A stretch of DNA of 64,000 nucleotides from Candidatus Zixiibacteriota bacterium (GCA_029932605.1 JAOZPT010000001.1:1-64000); one strand, 5' to 3'. Shown: positions 28,302 to 38,207, counted from the first letter of the stretch. A program made the numbers and translations. Notes: generated from the sequence alone by a model not told the origin.

Positions 28302-29208
28302 TTCCCAGTACCTCGATTTTATGTTTTATGATTTCTTTAACCGCTTTGCGACCGGTCCCAAGAATTTTTCTTGGGTCGAATTCATCGGGTTTTATCGTGA
28401 GGGTTTCTCTGATTGCAGAAGTGAATGCCAGTCTGAGATCGGTGTCGATATTGACCTTGTTAATACCGTATTGTATTGCTTTTCGGTAAGCTTCATCAGG
28501 TACACCTTTGGCCCCGGGAATTTTGCCACCATACTTGGTTAATTTCTTTGTTAGTTCCTCGGGTACACCGCTGGCGCCATGCAAGACCAGAGGTATCCCC
28601 AATCTTTTTTTTATCGTTTTTATTCTGTCAAAGTCGAGTTTTGCTTCGCCTTTAAATTTGTAAGCACCATGACTTGTGCCCACGGCTATTGCCAGCGAAT
28701 CGCACCTGCTTTCGGTTACGAATTGTTCTGCTTCAGCGGGGTCTGTAAGTAGCGTCTCTTTGTCGTTGACTTTGACTTCATCCTCGATACCGCCGAGTTT
28801 ACCAAGTTCAGCCTCAACCGTTATGTTATGCATGTGGGCGAAATCGACGACCTCGCGGGTGATTTTTACATTTTCCTTAAATGGTAGAGCTGAACCGTCT
28901 ATCATCACCGAGGTAAAACCGGCCTCGATACATTTTTTGGCGTCCTCGAATGACGTTCCATGGTCAAGATGAAGAACCACCGGTACTGTTACATTATTTA
29001 CACCAGCTTTGACCATAGCGATTAAATATTCTAAACCTGCGTATTTTATAGCTGATTTTGATGTTGCCAGTATCACCGGCGATTTCATCTCCTGGGCAGC
29101 TTCAAGAGTAGCTTGAATGAGTTCAAGGTTGCTTACATTGAACTGGCCTATAGCATAATAGTTTTTGTTGGCATCAACATAAATCTCATGCAAAGGAACA
29201 AGTGGCAT
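28285..29208 (-). CDS. fba: Class II fructose-1,6-bisphosphate aldolase
   Basis: Motifs LHLDHG, TSVMIDGS, GTSHGAYK, LVLHGASG and KVNIDTD. Confidence 0.96.
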   Translation of the reverse strand: MPLVPLHEIYVDANKNYYAIGQFNVSNLELIQATLEAAQEMKSPVILATSKSAIKYAGLEYLIAMVKAGVNNVTVPVVLHLDHGTSFEDAKKCIEAGFTSVMIDGSALPFKENVKITREVVDFAHMHNITVEAELGKLGGIEDEVKVNDKETLLTDPAEAEQFVTESRCDSLAIAVGTSHGAYKFKGEAKLDFDRIKTIKKRLGIPLVLHGASGVPEELTKKLTKYGGKIPGAKGVPDEAYRKAIQYGINKVNIDTDLRLAFTSAIRETLTIKPDEFDPRKILGTGRKAVKEIIKHKIEVLGSAGKA

Positions 29209-29238
29209 TTTCTTCTCGTTGTTAAATGTTACATCTTA

Positions 29239-30861
29239 TTAATGACCGGTAACGGTTTCAAGGGTTCTCGGTCCTGCTTCTTTTATATCCTCTGGCACCT
29301 CTCCCTCGAATTGTTTGAAATTATTTTTAAAAAGCCCAGCCAGGTAGTTTGCTTTTCCGTCGTAGGCGTTTTTATCGTGCCATGTATCGCGCGGGTTCAT
29401 CAATTCAGATGGAACGTCCGGACAGGAACTTGGCACCATGAAACCATATATGGGATTTCTGTTCGTTGGAACATTGTCTAGCTTTCCGTTTAAAGCGGCT
29501 TTGACCATAGCCCTGGTATGGGATATTTTAATTCTTTTACCAACACCATATGGCCCGCCGGTCCAACCGGTGTTGACCAACCAGCAGTTAACGTCATGGT
29601 GCCTTATCTTTTCATCGAGAAGTTTGGCGTATTTGTAAGGGTGCAGTACCATAAAGGGCGCTCCGAAACATGCCGAAAACGTGGCCTGTGGTTCCGAACC
29701 CAACCCTTTTTCCGTTCCTCCTATTTTGGCAGTGTAGCCGGACATGAAATGATACATTGCTTGAACCGGTGTAAGTTTGGCTATTGGTGGCATAACACCA
29801 AAGGCATCACATGTGAGCATTATGATATTTTTAGGATGGTCGGCCATTGGTTCTTTAAGAGCGTTTGGGATATGTGATATTGGATAAGCGGCGCGCGTGT
29901 TCTCGGTTAGGGAATCATCATCAAGGTCGAGCCGTCTGGTCCAGATATCAATAGCTACATTTTCGAGGATGGTTCCGAACTTGCGGGTGGTCTGGTAGAT
30001 TTCCGGTTCAGCCTCTTTAGAAAGCTTTATTACTTTTGCGTAGCAGCCGCCCTCGAAATTGAATATGCCGTTTTGACTCCAGCCGTGTTCGTCGTCACCA
30101 ATTAAAGTCCGCTCAGGGTCGGCCGAAAGGGTTGTTTTACCCGTTCCCGATAAACCGAAAAACAAGGCAACGTCGCCGTCTTTGCCGACATTGGCAGAAC
30201 AGTGCATCGATAAAATGTTTTCCTGTGGCAGAAGGTAATTTAATACGGTGAATATCGATTTCTTTATCTCGCCGGCATAACTGGTACCGCCGATTAAGAC
30301 AAGCTTTTTCTGAAGGTTGAGTATGACGAAGGCTTCGGAATGGGTGCCATCGATATTGGGTAAAGCCATAAAATTTGGAACATGTAAAAGCGTGAATTGA
30401 GGTATATGGTTGATAAGAGTGTCTGGTCTGGCTTGGATAAATATATTTCGAGCAAAGAGATTATGCCAGGCGGACTCAGTGATAACTCTTATTGGAAGTC
30501 TTAATTTAGGGTCTGCCCCGGCATAACAATCCTGCACGAACAGGTCTTTTCCCTGAAGATATGCCAGCAGGCGACTGAATAAAACCTCAAACTTCTCCGG
30601 ACTGAAAGGTTTGTTTACTTTACCCCACCAGATGTTATCTTTGCTGGACGGTTCATCAACTATGAATTTGTCCTTGGCAGCTCTACCGGTGTGATGGCCG
30701 GTTCGGACGACGATTGGCCCGAGATGGGCGATATAACCCTCTTGTCTTTTAATTATCTCCTCATATAATATAGGGGTGTTGAGGTTCCAATAAACCTGGT
30801 GGACATTGGTAATACCGTGATTATCAAGCCCATATGAACTTTTTAGATGTCCTGTGGCCAT
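29239..30861 (-). CDS. pckA: Phosphoenolpyruvate carboxykinase (ATP)
   Basis: Motifs YAGEIKK, SMHCSAN, GLSGTGKTTLS and IGDDEHGW. Confidence 0.97.
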   Translation of the reverse strand: MATGHLKSSYGLDNHGITNVHQVYWNLNTPILYEEIIKRQEGYIAHLGPIVVRTGHHTGRAAKDKFIVDEPSSKDNIWWGKVNKPFSPEKFEVLFSRLLAYLQGKDLFVQDCYAGADPKLRLPIRVITESAWHNLFARNIFIQARPDTLINHIPQFTLLHVPNFMALPNIDGTHSEAFVILNLQKKLVLIGGTSYAGEIKKSIFTVLNYLLPQENILSMHCSANVGKDGDVALFFGLSGTGKTTLSADPERTLIGDDEHGWSQNGIFNFEGGCYAKVIKLSKEAEPEIYQTTRKFGTILENVAIDIWTRRLDLDDDSLTENTRAAYPISHIPNALKEPMADHPKNIIMLTCDAFGVMPPIAKLTPVQAMYHFMSGYTAKIGGTEKGLGSEPQATFSACFGAPFMVLHPYKYAKLLDEKIRHHDVNCWLVNTGWTGGPYGVGKRIKISHTRAMVKAALNGKLDNVPTNRNPIYGFMVPSSCPDVPSELMNPRDTWHDKNAYDGKANYLAGLFKNNFKQFEGEVPEDIKEAGPRTLETVTGH

Positions 30862-31039
30862 ATTTTTCCAAATCCTTTCTTAATTTTACAAGTTAGCAGT
30901 GATTAAGTTGCTGGATGTTTTAAATGAAAATTTCTGTATACTTATATTACTACCCGTTTATATATCGGCATCTATAATAACCTGTTGACCATATAAAAGC
31001 GATTGGCATAACTTATTTTTTCGAATTAACACAAAACTA

Positions 31040-31068
31040 AGGCCGGATCACGGCTGTAACCCGGCCCT
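31040..31068 (-). terminator. Probable terminator hairpin after the SWIB gene
   Basis: GGCCGG...CCGGCC inverted repeat, followed on the minus strand by TTAGTTTT. Confidence 0.55.
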
Positions 31069-31094
31069 GTAACACGGACAAACCGAATTTAAAA

Positions 31095-31517
31095 TTAATG
31101 CAGGTGTTTGGAGATCAGTTTAGTCATCTCGAACATGCTGACTTTACCCTTGCCACCGAAAATCTTTCTCAGTTTATCATCAGCATTGATCATGGTCCTT
31201 TTGAACCTATCCTGTAGTCCGTGCTTTTTAATATACGCCCAAATCTTTTTAGTGACCTGAGTCCTGGGTAGGGGCTTACTTCCGACGATTGCACTGAGTG
31301 CTAAGCTGGGTGTCCATGGCCTCATGAAAGCTGGATTTGGTTTGCGTTTGGCTTTCTTTTTTGCTACTTTCTTCTTAGCTACTTTCTTTTTCGCTACTTT
31401 CTTCTTAGCCTTTTTTTTCTTGGCAACTTTTTTCTTGGCAACTTTTCTTTTTGTAGCTTTTTTCTTTGCTACTTTTTTCTTAGCGGTTTTCTTCCTGGCC
31501 TTTTTCTTCGCTGGCAT
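31095..31517 (-). CDS. Histone-H1-like Lys/Ala repeat fused to a SWIB/MDM2 domain (140 aa)
   Basis: MPAKKK plus about 10 KKKVA-like repeats, then NPAFM...LPRTQVTKKIWAYIKKHGLQD...VSMFEMTK. RBS AGGAGAGG fixes the start at 31517. Confidence 0.9.
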   Translation of the reverse strand: MPAKKKARKKTAKKKVAKKKATKRKVAKKKVAKKKKAKKKVAKKKVAKKKVAKKKAKRKPNPAFMRPWTPSLALSAIVGSKPLPRTQVTKKIWAYIKKHGLQDRFKRTMINADDKLRKIFGGKGKVSMFEMTKLISKHLH

Positions 31518-32034
31518 ACGCCTCTCCTGGTTAAAGGTTAGTAGTTGGTTTACAAAATTTCTCTCTCGATTAAGACTCCAATCCACAACTTATTCTTCAA
31601 GAAATAGAAAACTCTACCAATCCTGCAACATTGTAGGAGTAAATTGCGAAACATTTCAAATAAAAATTATGATTTTTTTAAAAAATTACATTATAAAAAT
31701 GGATTTTAATTACAAATAATTTTATAATATGATATTTAATAATGATAATCCAAGTTTTTATCAAATAGTACAAGTTGTAATTTTTCCGTATATAGAAGGA
31801 GGGCTATTCAAAAGATGAGCATATTTGTACAAAATTATATTCAAATAGAATTATCTTTTACCTGATTTATTAGACAGCAAGATGGTATAAATAGATTTGG
31901 TTTTATATAGATTTTAAAAACCTTCTCTTGATATGATTCTTGTTTGGAAGTATCTTTTATGAAGCTGGGTTTTTTAATAGCCTGTATCGTCCAAACAGAA
32001 GTTGGGATTGACGATAATGGTAAGAGGATAAATC

Positions 32035-33012
32035 ATGGCTGATAAGGTAACAATTCGCAAATTTCTTAAAAGGCATTTCAAACATTTTAATGCTGCGGTA
32101 ATAGTTGGGGCCGCGGAGTCCTGGGTAACCCACCTTGAGAATGGGGGAAAGATGTTTTTGACTTTAGCGGGCGCGCTTAGCACCGGCGAGATAGGTATCT
32201 CATTAGCGGAGATGATTCGTCGTGATAAGGTACATGGCATATGTGCTACCGGTGCCAATCTCGAGGAGGATATATTCAACCTTGTAGCCCATAGTCATTA
32301 CCGCCGTGTTCCCGATTATCGAACACTTACTCCCAAACAGGAACAGGAACTGAAAAATCAGGGCCTGAACAGGGTAACTGATACCTGTATTCCTGAAAGG
32401 GAGGCAATGCGCCGGGTGGAGAATAAACTTATCAAACTATGGCAAAAGGCTGAAAACAATAAAGAGCGGTTTTTCCCTTACGAATATATCTACCAGCTTA
32501 TAAGAAGCAGGGAATTGGAAGAATATTATGATATAGAACCTGAGAACTCGTGGGTGTTGGCCGCCTGTCAAAAAAATATACCGATATTCACCCCGGGCTG
32601 GGAGGATTCCACACTGGGCAATGTTTATGTAGCAAATGTTATTAAGGGAAACCTTAAGTCGTACAGGCCGATCAAGGGGGGGCTTGAACAGATGGCTTTT
32701 CTGGTCGAATGGTATCGTTGGATCACCAATCGATGTTCTCTGGGCTTTTTCCAGATCGGTGGTGGCATCGCTGGCGACTTTGCTATATGTGTGGTTCCAC
32801 TTATAATGCAGGACCTAAAAGAGGAATGCCGTCTCTGGGGATATTTTGCCCAGATATCGGATAGCACAACGTCATATGGTTCTTACAGCGGAGCTATACC
32901 GAATGAGAAGATTACCTGGGGAAAACTGGATATAGATACGCCAAAATTTATTATCGAATCCGATGCCTCTATTGTCGCGCCGTTAATTTTTAGCTATGTT
33001 CTGGGTAGCTGA
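32035..33012 (+). CDS. Deoxyhypusine synthase-like protein (bacterial DHS / homospermidine-synthase-like family)
   Basis: Motifs TGANLEED, PGWEDSTLG, QIGGGIAGDF and GSYSGAIPNEKITWGK. Confidence 0.9.
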   Translation: MADKVTIRKFLKRHFKHFNAAVIVGAAESWVTHLENGGKMFLTLAGALSTGEIGISLAEMIRRDKVHGICATGANLEEDIFNLVAHSHYRRVPDYRTLTPKQEQELKNQGLNRVTDTCIPEREAMRRVENKLIKLWQKAENNKERFFPYEYIYQLIRSRELEEYYDIEPENSWVLAACQKNIPIFTPGWEDSTLGNVYVANVIKGNLKSYRPIKGGLEQMAFLVEWYRWITNRCSLGFFQIGGGIAGDFAICVVPLIMQDLKEECRLWGYFAQISDSTTSYGSYSGAIPNEKITWGKLDIDTPKFIIESDASIVAPLIFSYVLGS

Positions 33013-33080
33013 AAATGTGGATTGCTTAAAGTAAGGAATAAGTGTTTATAAAATATATCCACTACCACTTAAGCATATCA

Positions 33081-33443
33081 TCAATTTTTAGACCAGAGAC
33101 CTATTGTGTTTCCCTCAAGGTCAGAGAGCATGGCAAAATAACCGAATTCAGAGGATATTTGAGTTTTACCGACCGAGCACTTGCCACCGACCTCTTCAGT
33201 TTTTTTGATAGTTTCATCGATGCTGGCAACTTCAATATAAAATACTATACCTGGTTTTTGAGCTATCTCAAGGGTTCTTGAGAAACCACCGTTGACTCCA
33301 TCAGGAGTTTTAAAAGTGAGAAAATTCATTTCCTTGGCTTCATCGAACTGCCAGTTGAATACGTTGCCATAGAACTTTTTCGCTTTACCGAAGTCTTTCG
33401 AGGGGATCTCGATATGACAGATGCCGTTCATTTGTCCTCCCAT
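33081..33443 (-). CDS. VOC/glyoxalase family protein
   Basis: Motifs ICHIEIP..D...AKKFY..VF.W and DLEGNTIGLW. Confidence 0.9.
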   Translation of the reverse strand: MGGQMNGICHIEIPSKDFGKAKKFYGNVFNWQFDEAKEMNFLTFKTPDGVNGGFSRTLEIAQKPGIVFYIEVASIDETIKKTEEVGGKCSVGKTQISSEFGYFAMLSDLEGNTIGLWSKN

Positions 33444-33663
33444 GATTAGAGTTCAAATTTAAAACATGTTTTTAAAAATAGGAAAAAAAGCAATTGTCAA
33501 TAAAATAATTTTGAAAAGTTAGCATAAGATATATCTGGATATTAAAAATCTGCTTGTATTTGAAAGTGATTGAATATCTAAAATAGAAGATTGTTTGGAG
33601 CTGGTCTAAGCGATTTGAATTAAGTGAATTGAGCTGGATGATTTATTATCATAAGGAGAGATT

Positions 33664-34073
33664 ATGAAAGCTGTTGGTTACATGGAAGGAACAAACCGGA
33701 GTTATTGACAAACCTTATACTTGAGGGATACGATACTCTACCACTCTCAAATGGGTGGGATAACCATGGTAAATATATAGCACATATCAACCGCACCGAT
33801 AATCTGGTTTTGGTGGTTGGCTACCTTCATAAATTTATCCCTGTTATTAAGGAATACCCTGCAGGTGAGGATATACTATCATCGCTGAAAGCCTACAAAA
33901 TTTTTGTGGTATTCATCATTCCCGGCGGTAAGCAGGCTAAAGCGAAAAAGATGTTGGCAAGCAAAGGGGTGAGTTATAAACTTGCTTCTCCGGCAGGTGT
34001 GTCTAAAACAGTTATGAAAATATTAGAGCCTAAGCGCTCTGTTAAGAAAGCCCGTTCTCGTAAGAGGAGATAG
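33664..34073 (+). pseudogene. Hypothetical protein interrupted by an apparent 1-nt frameshift near 33695-33700
   Basis: RBS AAGGAG and ATG at 33664 give MKAVGYMEGTN-R-S-Y-stop. Adding one base gives ...GTNPELLTNLILEGYDTLPLSNGWDNHGK, continuous with ORF 33705-34073. Confidence 0.65.
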
Positions 34074-34198
34074 TAAAAACCTGGAATAACTTATAAATAT
34101 TGTCAGGTTATAAACATCTCTAATGTACCGTCGTTATTACTTGTGGCAAGTTACTTTTTTATGATAGATATTTGTAAATAATTTCTAATGTTTCATTG

Positions 34199-34561
34199 TT
34201 ATTTTGTTCCCACCAACAGCACGCCACCAAGTATAAGGACCAATCCGATCCATTTGGTCAAGGAAAAAGGCTCTTTGAACATAAAAAACGAGACCAGTAT
34301 AATGGCTCCGTAGGCAAGACTTGTGACAATGGGGTAGGCTATCGAGATGTCAATTTTTGATAAAAGCACCATGTAACCCCCGACAGATGATACATAGCAA
34401 AAAAGTCCAACCAGCACAGCTATATTTGTGAATATACGGGAAAAGTTCGTAAGGAAAGCTGTGGGCGTGATAGCACCCAATTGATTCATCCCGATTTTTA
34501 AAAAGACATGGCCGCAGATGTTAAAAGTAACAACGAAAAGCATTACCATATAGCGGGACAT
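34199..34561 (-). CDS. SMR/EamA (ArnE/F-like) small membrane transporter or flippase
   Basis: Four TM segments with motifs GHVFLK.G, LLSKIDISIAYP and KEPFSLTKWIG. AAGGAG supports the ATG at 34561. Confidence 0.8.
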   Translation of the reverse strand: MSRYMVMLFVVTFNICGHVFLKIGMNQLGAITPTAFLTNFSRIFTNIAVLVGLFCYVSSVGGYMVLLSKIDISIAYPIVTSLAYGAIILVSFFMFKEPFSLTKWIGLVLILGGVLLVGTK

Positions 34562-34694
34562 TTCAGGCTCCTTTAAAAGAAAAGATTCTAAATTTGTTAA
34601 CACTCCATAGAGATATTTTGATTGGGCTGATAAGTGTATTATAATGTATTTTTACGATGATGAACATGATGCTTGTATATTGGTTTCATGTTTA

Positions 34695-35780
34695 CTAATA
34701 TTTTTGAAAGAGCTGGCCCCAATCTGTTTCTTTCAGCCATTTATTAAAAATCTTTTTACCCTTGGTTGGATACCACAATTTATCATGGAAAAGAGCAGAG
34801 GCAAAAACGAATATATAAACGATAGGAGTGTGAAACATAAGTTTCTGGAGTACCTTAAGAGGAGAGAACCATAAAATATCACCTACTTTCGAGGCCATGT
34901 TATCACCGACCGAAAAGCCGAAATTCATCTTCGAGATATCCTCACCGATGATCTCTATTTGACTTACATCGCCACAGCCTAAGCCGGCATCGTGTCCCAT
35001 TCTTATATATTTAATTGACATTGGTTCAAACCCCATGATTTTGGTGGCGACTGCATCTATAGCTACTTGGTCGGCAGAGGCGAGGATGATATCTTTTTTG
35101 TGTGGCGTCATTGTCCGCGGTCCAGGTCCCGAGCCGGCTGTTGTACCATCCATGAAACAGAAAATACCTGAATGTATCTCTTTTTGAATTTGCAAAAGGT
35201 CAACCAGGGTCTCGTGTATAACAGAGTGGGTGTAATGGCGCTTGGTATTTAAAAGACCACCGAAAGCATTTTTCATAGCGCCGGTAGTGGTCGTGTAAAT
35301 ATGAGTTTTTACGGTGGGTAGGTGGACGATGTTTTTTCCTATGAAAAATTCAGGTATCTTTATACCCCTTGAGAAAATCTTGTCTAAAACGAGCATCTTT
35401 GCTTTTGGTTTATATTCTATCCATTTTAAATCGGATGGGTCGTTGTTATATCTTTCAGGGATAGAATATTTTTCATATACTGGTTTTAGTTTGAGGAGCT
35501 TACCGCCGGTATAGGGATTAGTAACCACGGTATCATTGTGAACTGCTACAATATCAGTAATACCGGCTTTTTTTAGGGCTTTAATTGTTCCCTCGACTTG
35601 CCAGGGAACTGAGTTTGCACCTGGAAACGGCAGATGCCACGAGATATTGTCTTTTAAAATGGTTGTATTATCAGCCACCAGAGAATCCTTCAATCCGGCA
35701 ACCTGCCCCGCCCTTATATAGTCATCTATAACTTTATCAGGAGAGGTTTTTAATACAGCGACTTTTGTTTTACTGCTCAT
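34695..35780 (-). CDS. DUF362 domain protein
   Basis: Motifs LKDNISWH, HLPTVKTH...TTGAMKNAFG, DGT.AG.GPGP and DQVAIDAV. Confidence 0.85.
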   Translation of the reverse strand: MSSKTKVAVLKTSPDKVIDDYIRAGQVAGLKDSLVADNTTILKDNISWHLPFPGANSVPWQVEGTIKALKKAGITDIVAVHNDTVVTNPYTGGKLLKLKPVYEKYSIPERYNNDPSDLKWIEYKPKAKMLVLDKIFSRGIKIPEFFIGKNIVHLPTVKTHIYTTTTGAMKNAFGGLLNTKRHYTHSVIHETLVDLLQIQKEIHSGIFCFMDGTTAGSGPGPRTMTPHKKDIILASADQVAIDAVATKIMGFEPMSIKYIRMGHDAGLGCGDVSQIEIIGEDISKMNFGFSVGDNMASKVGDILWFSPLKVLQKLMFHTPIVYIFVFASALFHDKLWYPTKGKKIFNKWLKETDWGQLFQKY

Positions 35781-36658
35781 ACTTTACCCTCAAACTGTAA
35801 AATAATTAAAACAGTGGTTATCCATAGTGCCACACATATTAAAAGGGGTATGTCCGTAACAAGTAATTTTGTGGGATTGCCTCCCTGCTCTTTCTGGTGG
35901 ATAAGATACAGATATCTGAATATCCCATAGAGCACAAACGGCACTGTTAGAACTAGATTACCTGTCCCTAACTTTTCCTTTACATCAGGTGAAAGGGTGT
36001 AAAATGTGTACGCCACCACGGTGGAGGCGGTAACCACACTTATCATTTGGTCTAAAAAATATTTTGAATAATGTGCCAACGATTGCCGGTGCGAAACGGC
36101 TCCGTTTCCAAGAATCTCCAGTTCATGTCGTCTCTTGGAAAATCCTAAAAAGAGGGCTAAAAGAATTGTACATACTAAGAGCCAGGCCGAGATCGGCACT
36201 TCTATAGCGGCCGCTCCAGCAACGGCCCTTAGTACAAAACCCAGCGCCAAGCTCATGACGTCTATAATAACCACATTTTTCAAACCTATGTTGTAAGCTA
36301 GATTTAAAATGATATAGATACCAAGATAAATCATAAATGTTAAACCCAGGGAATAACCGACCAGTATACTGAGAGCAAGTAGAAATAAGATGGTTATAGA
36401 AGCTGTTTTTACAGGGAGTTGGCCTGATGCTATCGGTCTGTATTTTTTGGTTGGATGATGCTGGTCTTTGCTGAGGTCTGTGATATCGTTGACATAATAA
36501 ATTGCCGATACGGCGAAGCAGAATGCCAGAAACCCTTTTATAGCCAGCATCACCGAGATGGGTTCGCTATATTTTTTGGCAAATATTAAAGCTGCAAATA
36601 CAACGAGGTTTTTAACCCAGTGATGAGGCCTAGCGGTTTTGATGATAGCACTAAGCAT
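35777..36658 (-). CDS. UbiA-family prenyltransferase (decaprenyl-phosphate phosphoribosyltransferase-like)
   Basis: Motifs RPHHWVKN, YYVNDITD...D..HPTKK.RPIASG, KRRHEL and YGIFRY. Confidence 0.88.
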   Translation of the reverse strand: MLSAIIKTARPHHWVKNLVVFAALIFAKKYSEPISVMLAIKGFLAFCFAVSAIYYVNDITDLSKDQHHPTKKYRPIASGQLPVKTASITILFLLALSILVGYSLGLTFMIYLGIYIILNLAYNIGLKNVVIIDVMSLALGFVLRAVAGAAAIEVPISAWLLVCTILLALFLGFSKRRHELEILGNGAVSHRQSLAHYSKYFLDQMISVVTASTVVAYTFYTLSPDVKEKLGTGNLVLTVPFVLYGIFRYLYLIHQKEQGGNPTKLLVTDIPLLICVALWITTVLIILQFEGKV

Positions 36659-36833
36659 AAACCGTTATTAATTAAAATTGGTTTTTATGTCAAGAAATAA
36701 AAGGCATGTCTGTTTCGATTGTAATGTAAACACCTTGTTTAAAATGCGGGTCGGGTTCCTTTAGAAACCAGATGTAGGAACTATGGATTATTGTAATTAT
36801 TATCTGCTTAGTTTTCGGGCTGCTGTTTGTGGA

Positions 36834-37799
36834 TTATAGTTCTTCTTTATCGTTGTTGGATAATGGATTTTTATCAAAATTTATTTCACGTGTTTTTCCG
36901 AAATTAATGGTGAATGAAAAGAAATGCGTCTGGCCTAAGTCCTGGCCGGGGTTGAATGCATAATCGATACGTCCCCACATGAACTTTAGCCCGGCACCAA
37001 AATTAACCATGTTAGATTGGTTATCGATACCGAGGTCACCAAGACCTGTTCTTAAGTTTAAGGCATTGCCCAGATTGTATTCCATTCCAGCGGAAAAGCT
37101 TGTTTCACCTGTAAATGCTACTTTTGTTCCCACCATCATCGTTATAGGAATATTTATGGGGCTGAAAGAACTACCAACGGAGACCGAGGAGGGAAGCTTG
37201 TAGCTCTGCTCATCATATTTAACTTTGGGGCCAAGATTATTAACAACGAAACCGAACGTAAATGTATTAATCAAATATTGAATTCCCATATCCAGAGCAT
37301 AACCAGAGGCTTTAATATCTGCCAACTTTTCCTCTATGTATTTCCCGCTTAGGCCAAGGTATAAAGCTCCTGACAATCTCCGGCTATAAGAGGCGATTGC
37401 CGTTAAACTATAAGGTCTGATACTTCCATATTGCTGGTCATACATATTGTAAGTATCGATCTGTCCCATGTGAAGATAAGAAGCTGATACTCCGATTGTT
37501 GAGTTGGTTTTCATGGGAATAGCTACAGCTATAAATTCATATGATATATCCTGAAGCCATGAATTGTGCATAAAATTTAAGCCTGGTTGCTCAATTGAAG
37601 ATAAACCAGCTGGATTGAAGTATGTTGAGGCTATGTCATTACTTATCGCCCAGCTTGCTCCACCCAAAGCAGCATGTCGAGCAGATACACTTATGTTTAG
37701 GAAATCTGCGGAGGTAATACCTCCAGCGGTAGCTGTATTTATTAGGGTAATGCTCAGTATTATCGTAATAATAGAAATAAATTTCATTTGTTTTATCAT
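36834..37799 (-). CDS. PorV/PorQ (FadL-like, UPF0164) outer-membrane beta-barrel
   Basis: Signal peptide, FLNISVSARHAALGGA, YFNPAGL and alternating beta strands. RBS GAGGAGG supports the start at 37799 (ORF track 37877). Confidence 0.82.
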   Translation of the reverse strand: MIKQMKFISIITIILSITLINTATAGGITSADFLNISVSARHAALGGASWAISNDIASTYFNPAGLSSIEQPGLNFMHNSWLQDISYEFIAVAIPMKTNSTIGVSASYLHMGQIDTYNMYDQQYGSIRPYSLTAIASYSRRLSGALYLGLSGKYIEEKLADIKASGYALDMGIQYLINTFTFGFVVNNLGPKVKYDEQSYKLPSSVSVGSSFSPINIPITMMVGTKVAFTGETSFSAGMEYNLGNALNLRTGLGDLGIDNQSNMVNFGAGLKFMWGRIDYAFNPGQDLGQTHFFSFTINFGKTREINFDKNPLSNNDKEEL

Positions 37800-37827
37800 T
37801 AGAACACCCTCCTCTGATGATGGAATA

Positions 37828-37843
37828 TGCAAATGATATGCCA
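37828..37843 (-). promoter_or_regulatory. Putative sigma54 (-24/-12) promoter
   Basis: Minus strand TGGCAT-ATCAT-TTGCA matches TGGCAC-N5-TTGC, just upstream of the RBS. Confidence 0.65.
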
Positions 37844-37868
37844 TCAAGCAGACCCCCCTGGAGGTTGT

Positions 37869-37889
37869 TTGTAACATATTCTGTTACAA
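37869..37889. promoter_or_regulatory. Palindromic putative transcription-factor site
   Basis: Perfect 8-bp inverted repeat TTGTAACA-N5-TGTTACAA. Confidence 0.5.
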
Positions 37890-38207
37890 CAAGATAAATG
37901 TTGCACCAAGATAACAGTTAGTCGGGGTGTTTGGGATGTATTTGGTTTAATATTTTGGCAATAATTAAGAACTAATGGCATTTTTAAAGACACAATCCTT
38001 TTGAACCTTATAACTCATTGATACTTATGGTGTTCAAGCCCTTTATCAAAACGATTTTTACTTGCTTAATTGTTGAACAAATCCATCTTTTGAACATATT
38101 TTTTTACTATCATGGTTATTGGTTAAAGTCAATAGTTAATTTATAAAACTCCCCAATTTTACCGGAAATACAATTATAGAAATGTAAGCATGGCGGTGTG
38201 TAATCAT

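Noticed and set aside
31324..31719. 131-aa Phe-rich plus-strand ORF resembling a membrane protein
   Set aside because: It is the antisense shadow of the Lys-rich repeats (AAA/AAG read as TTT/CTT).
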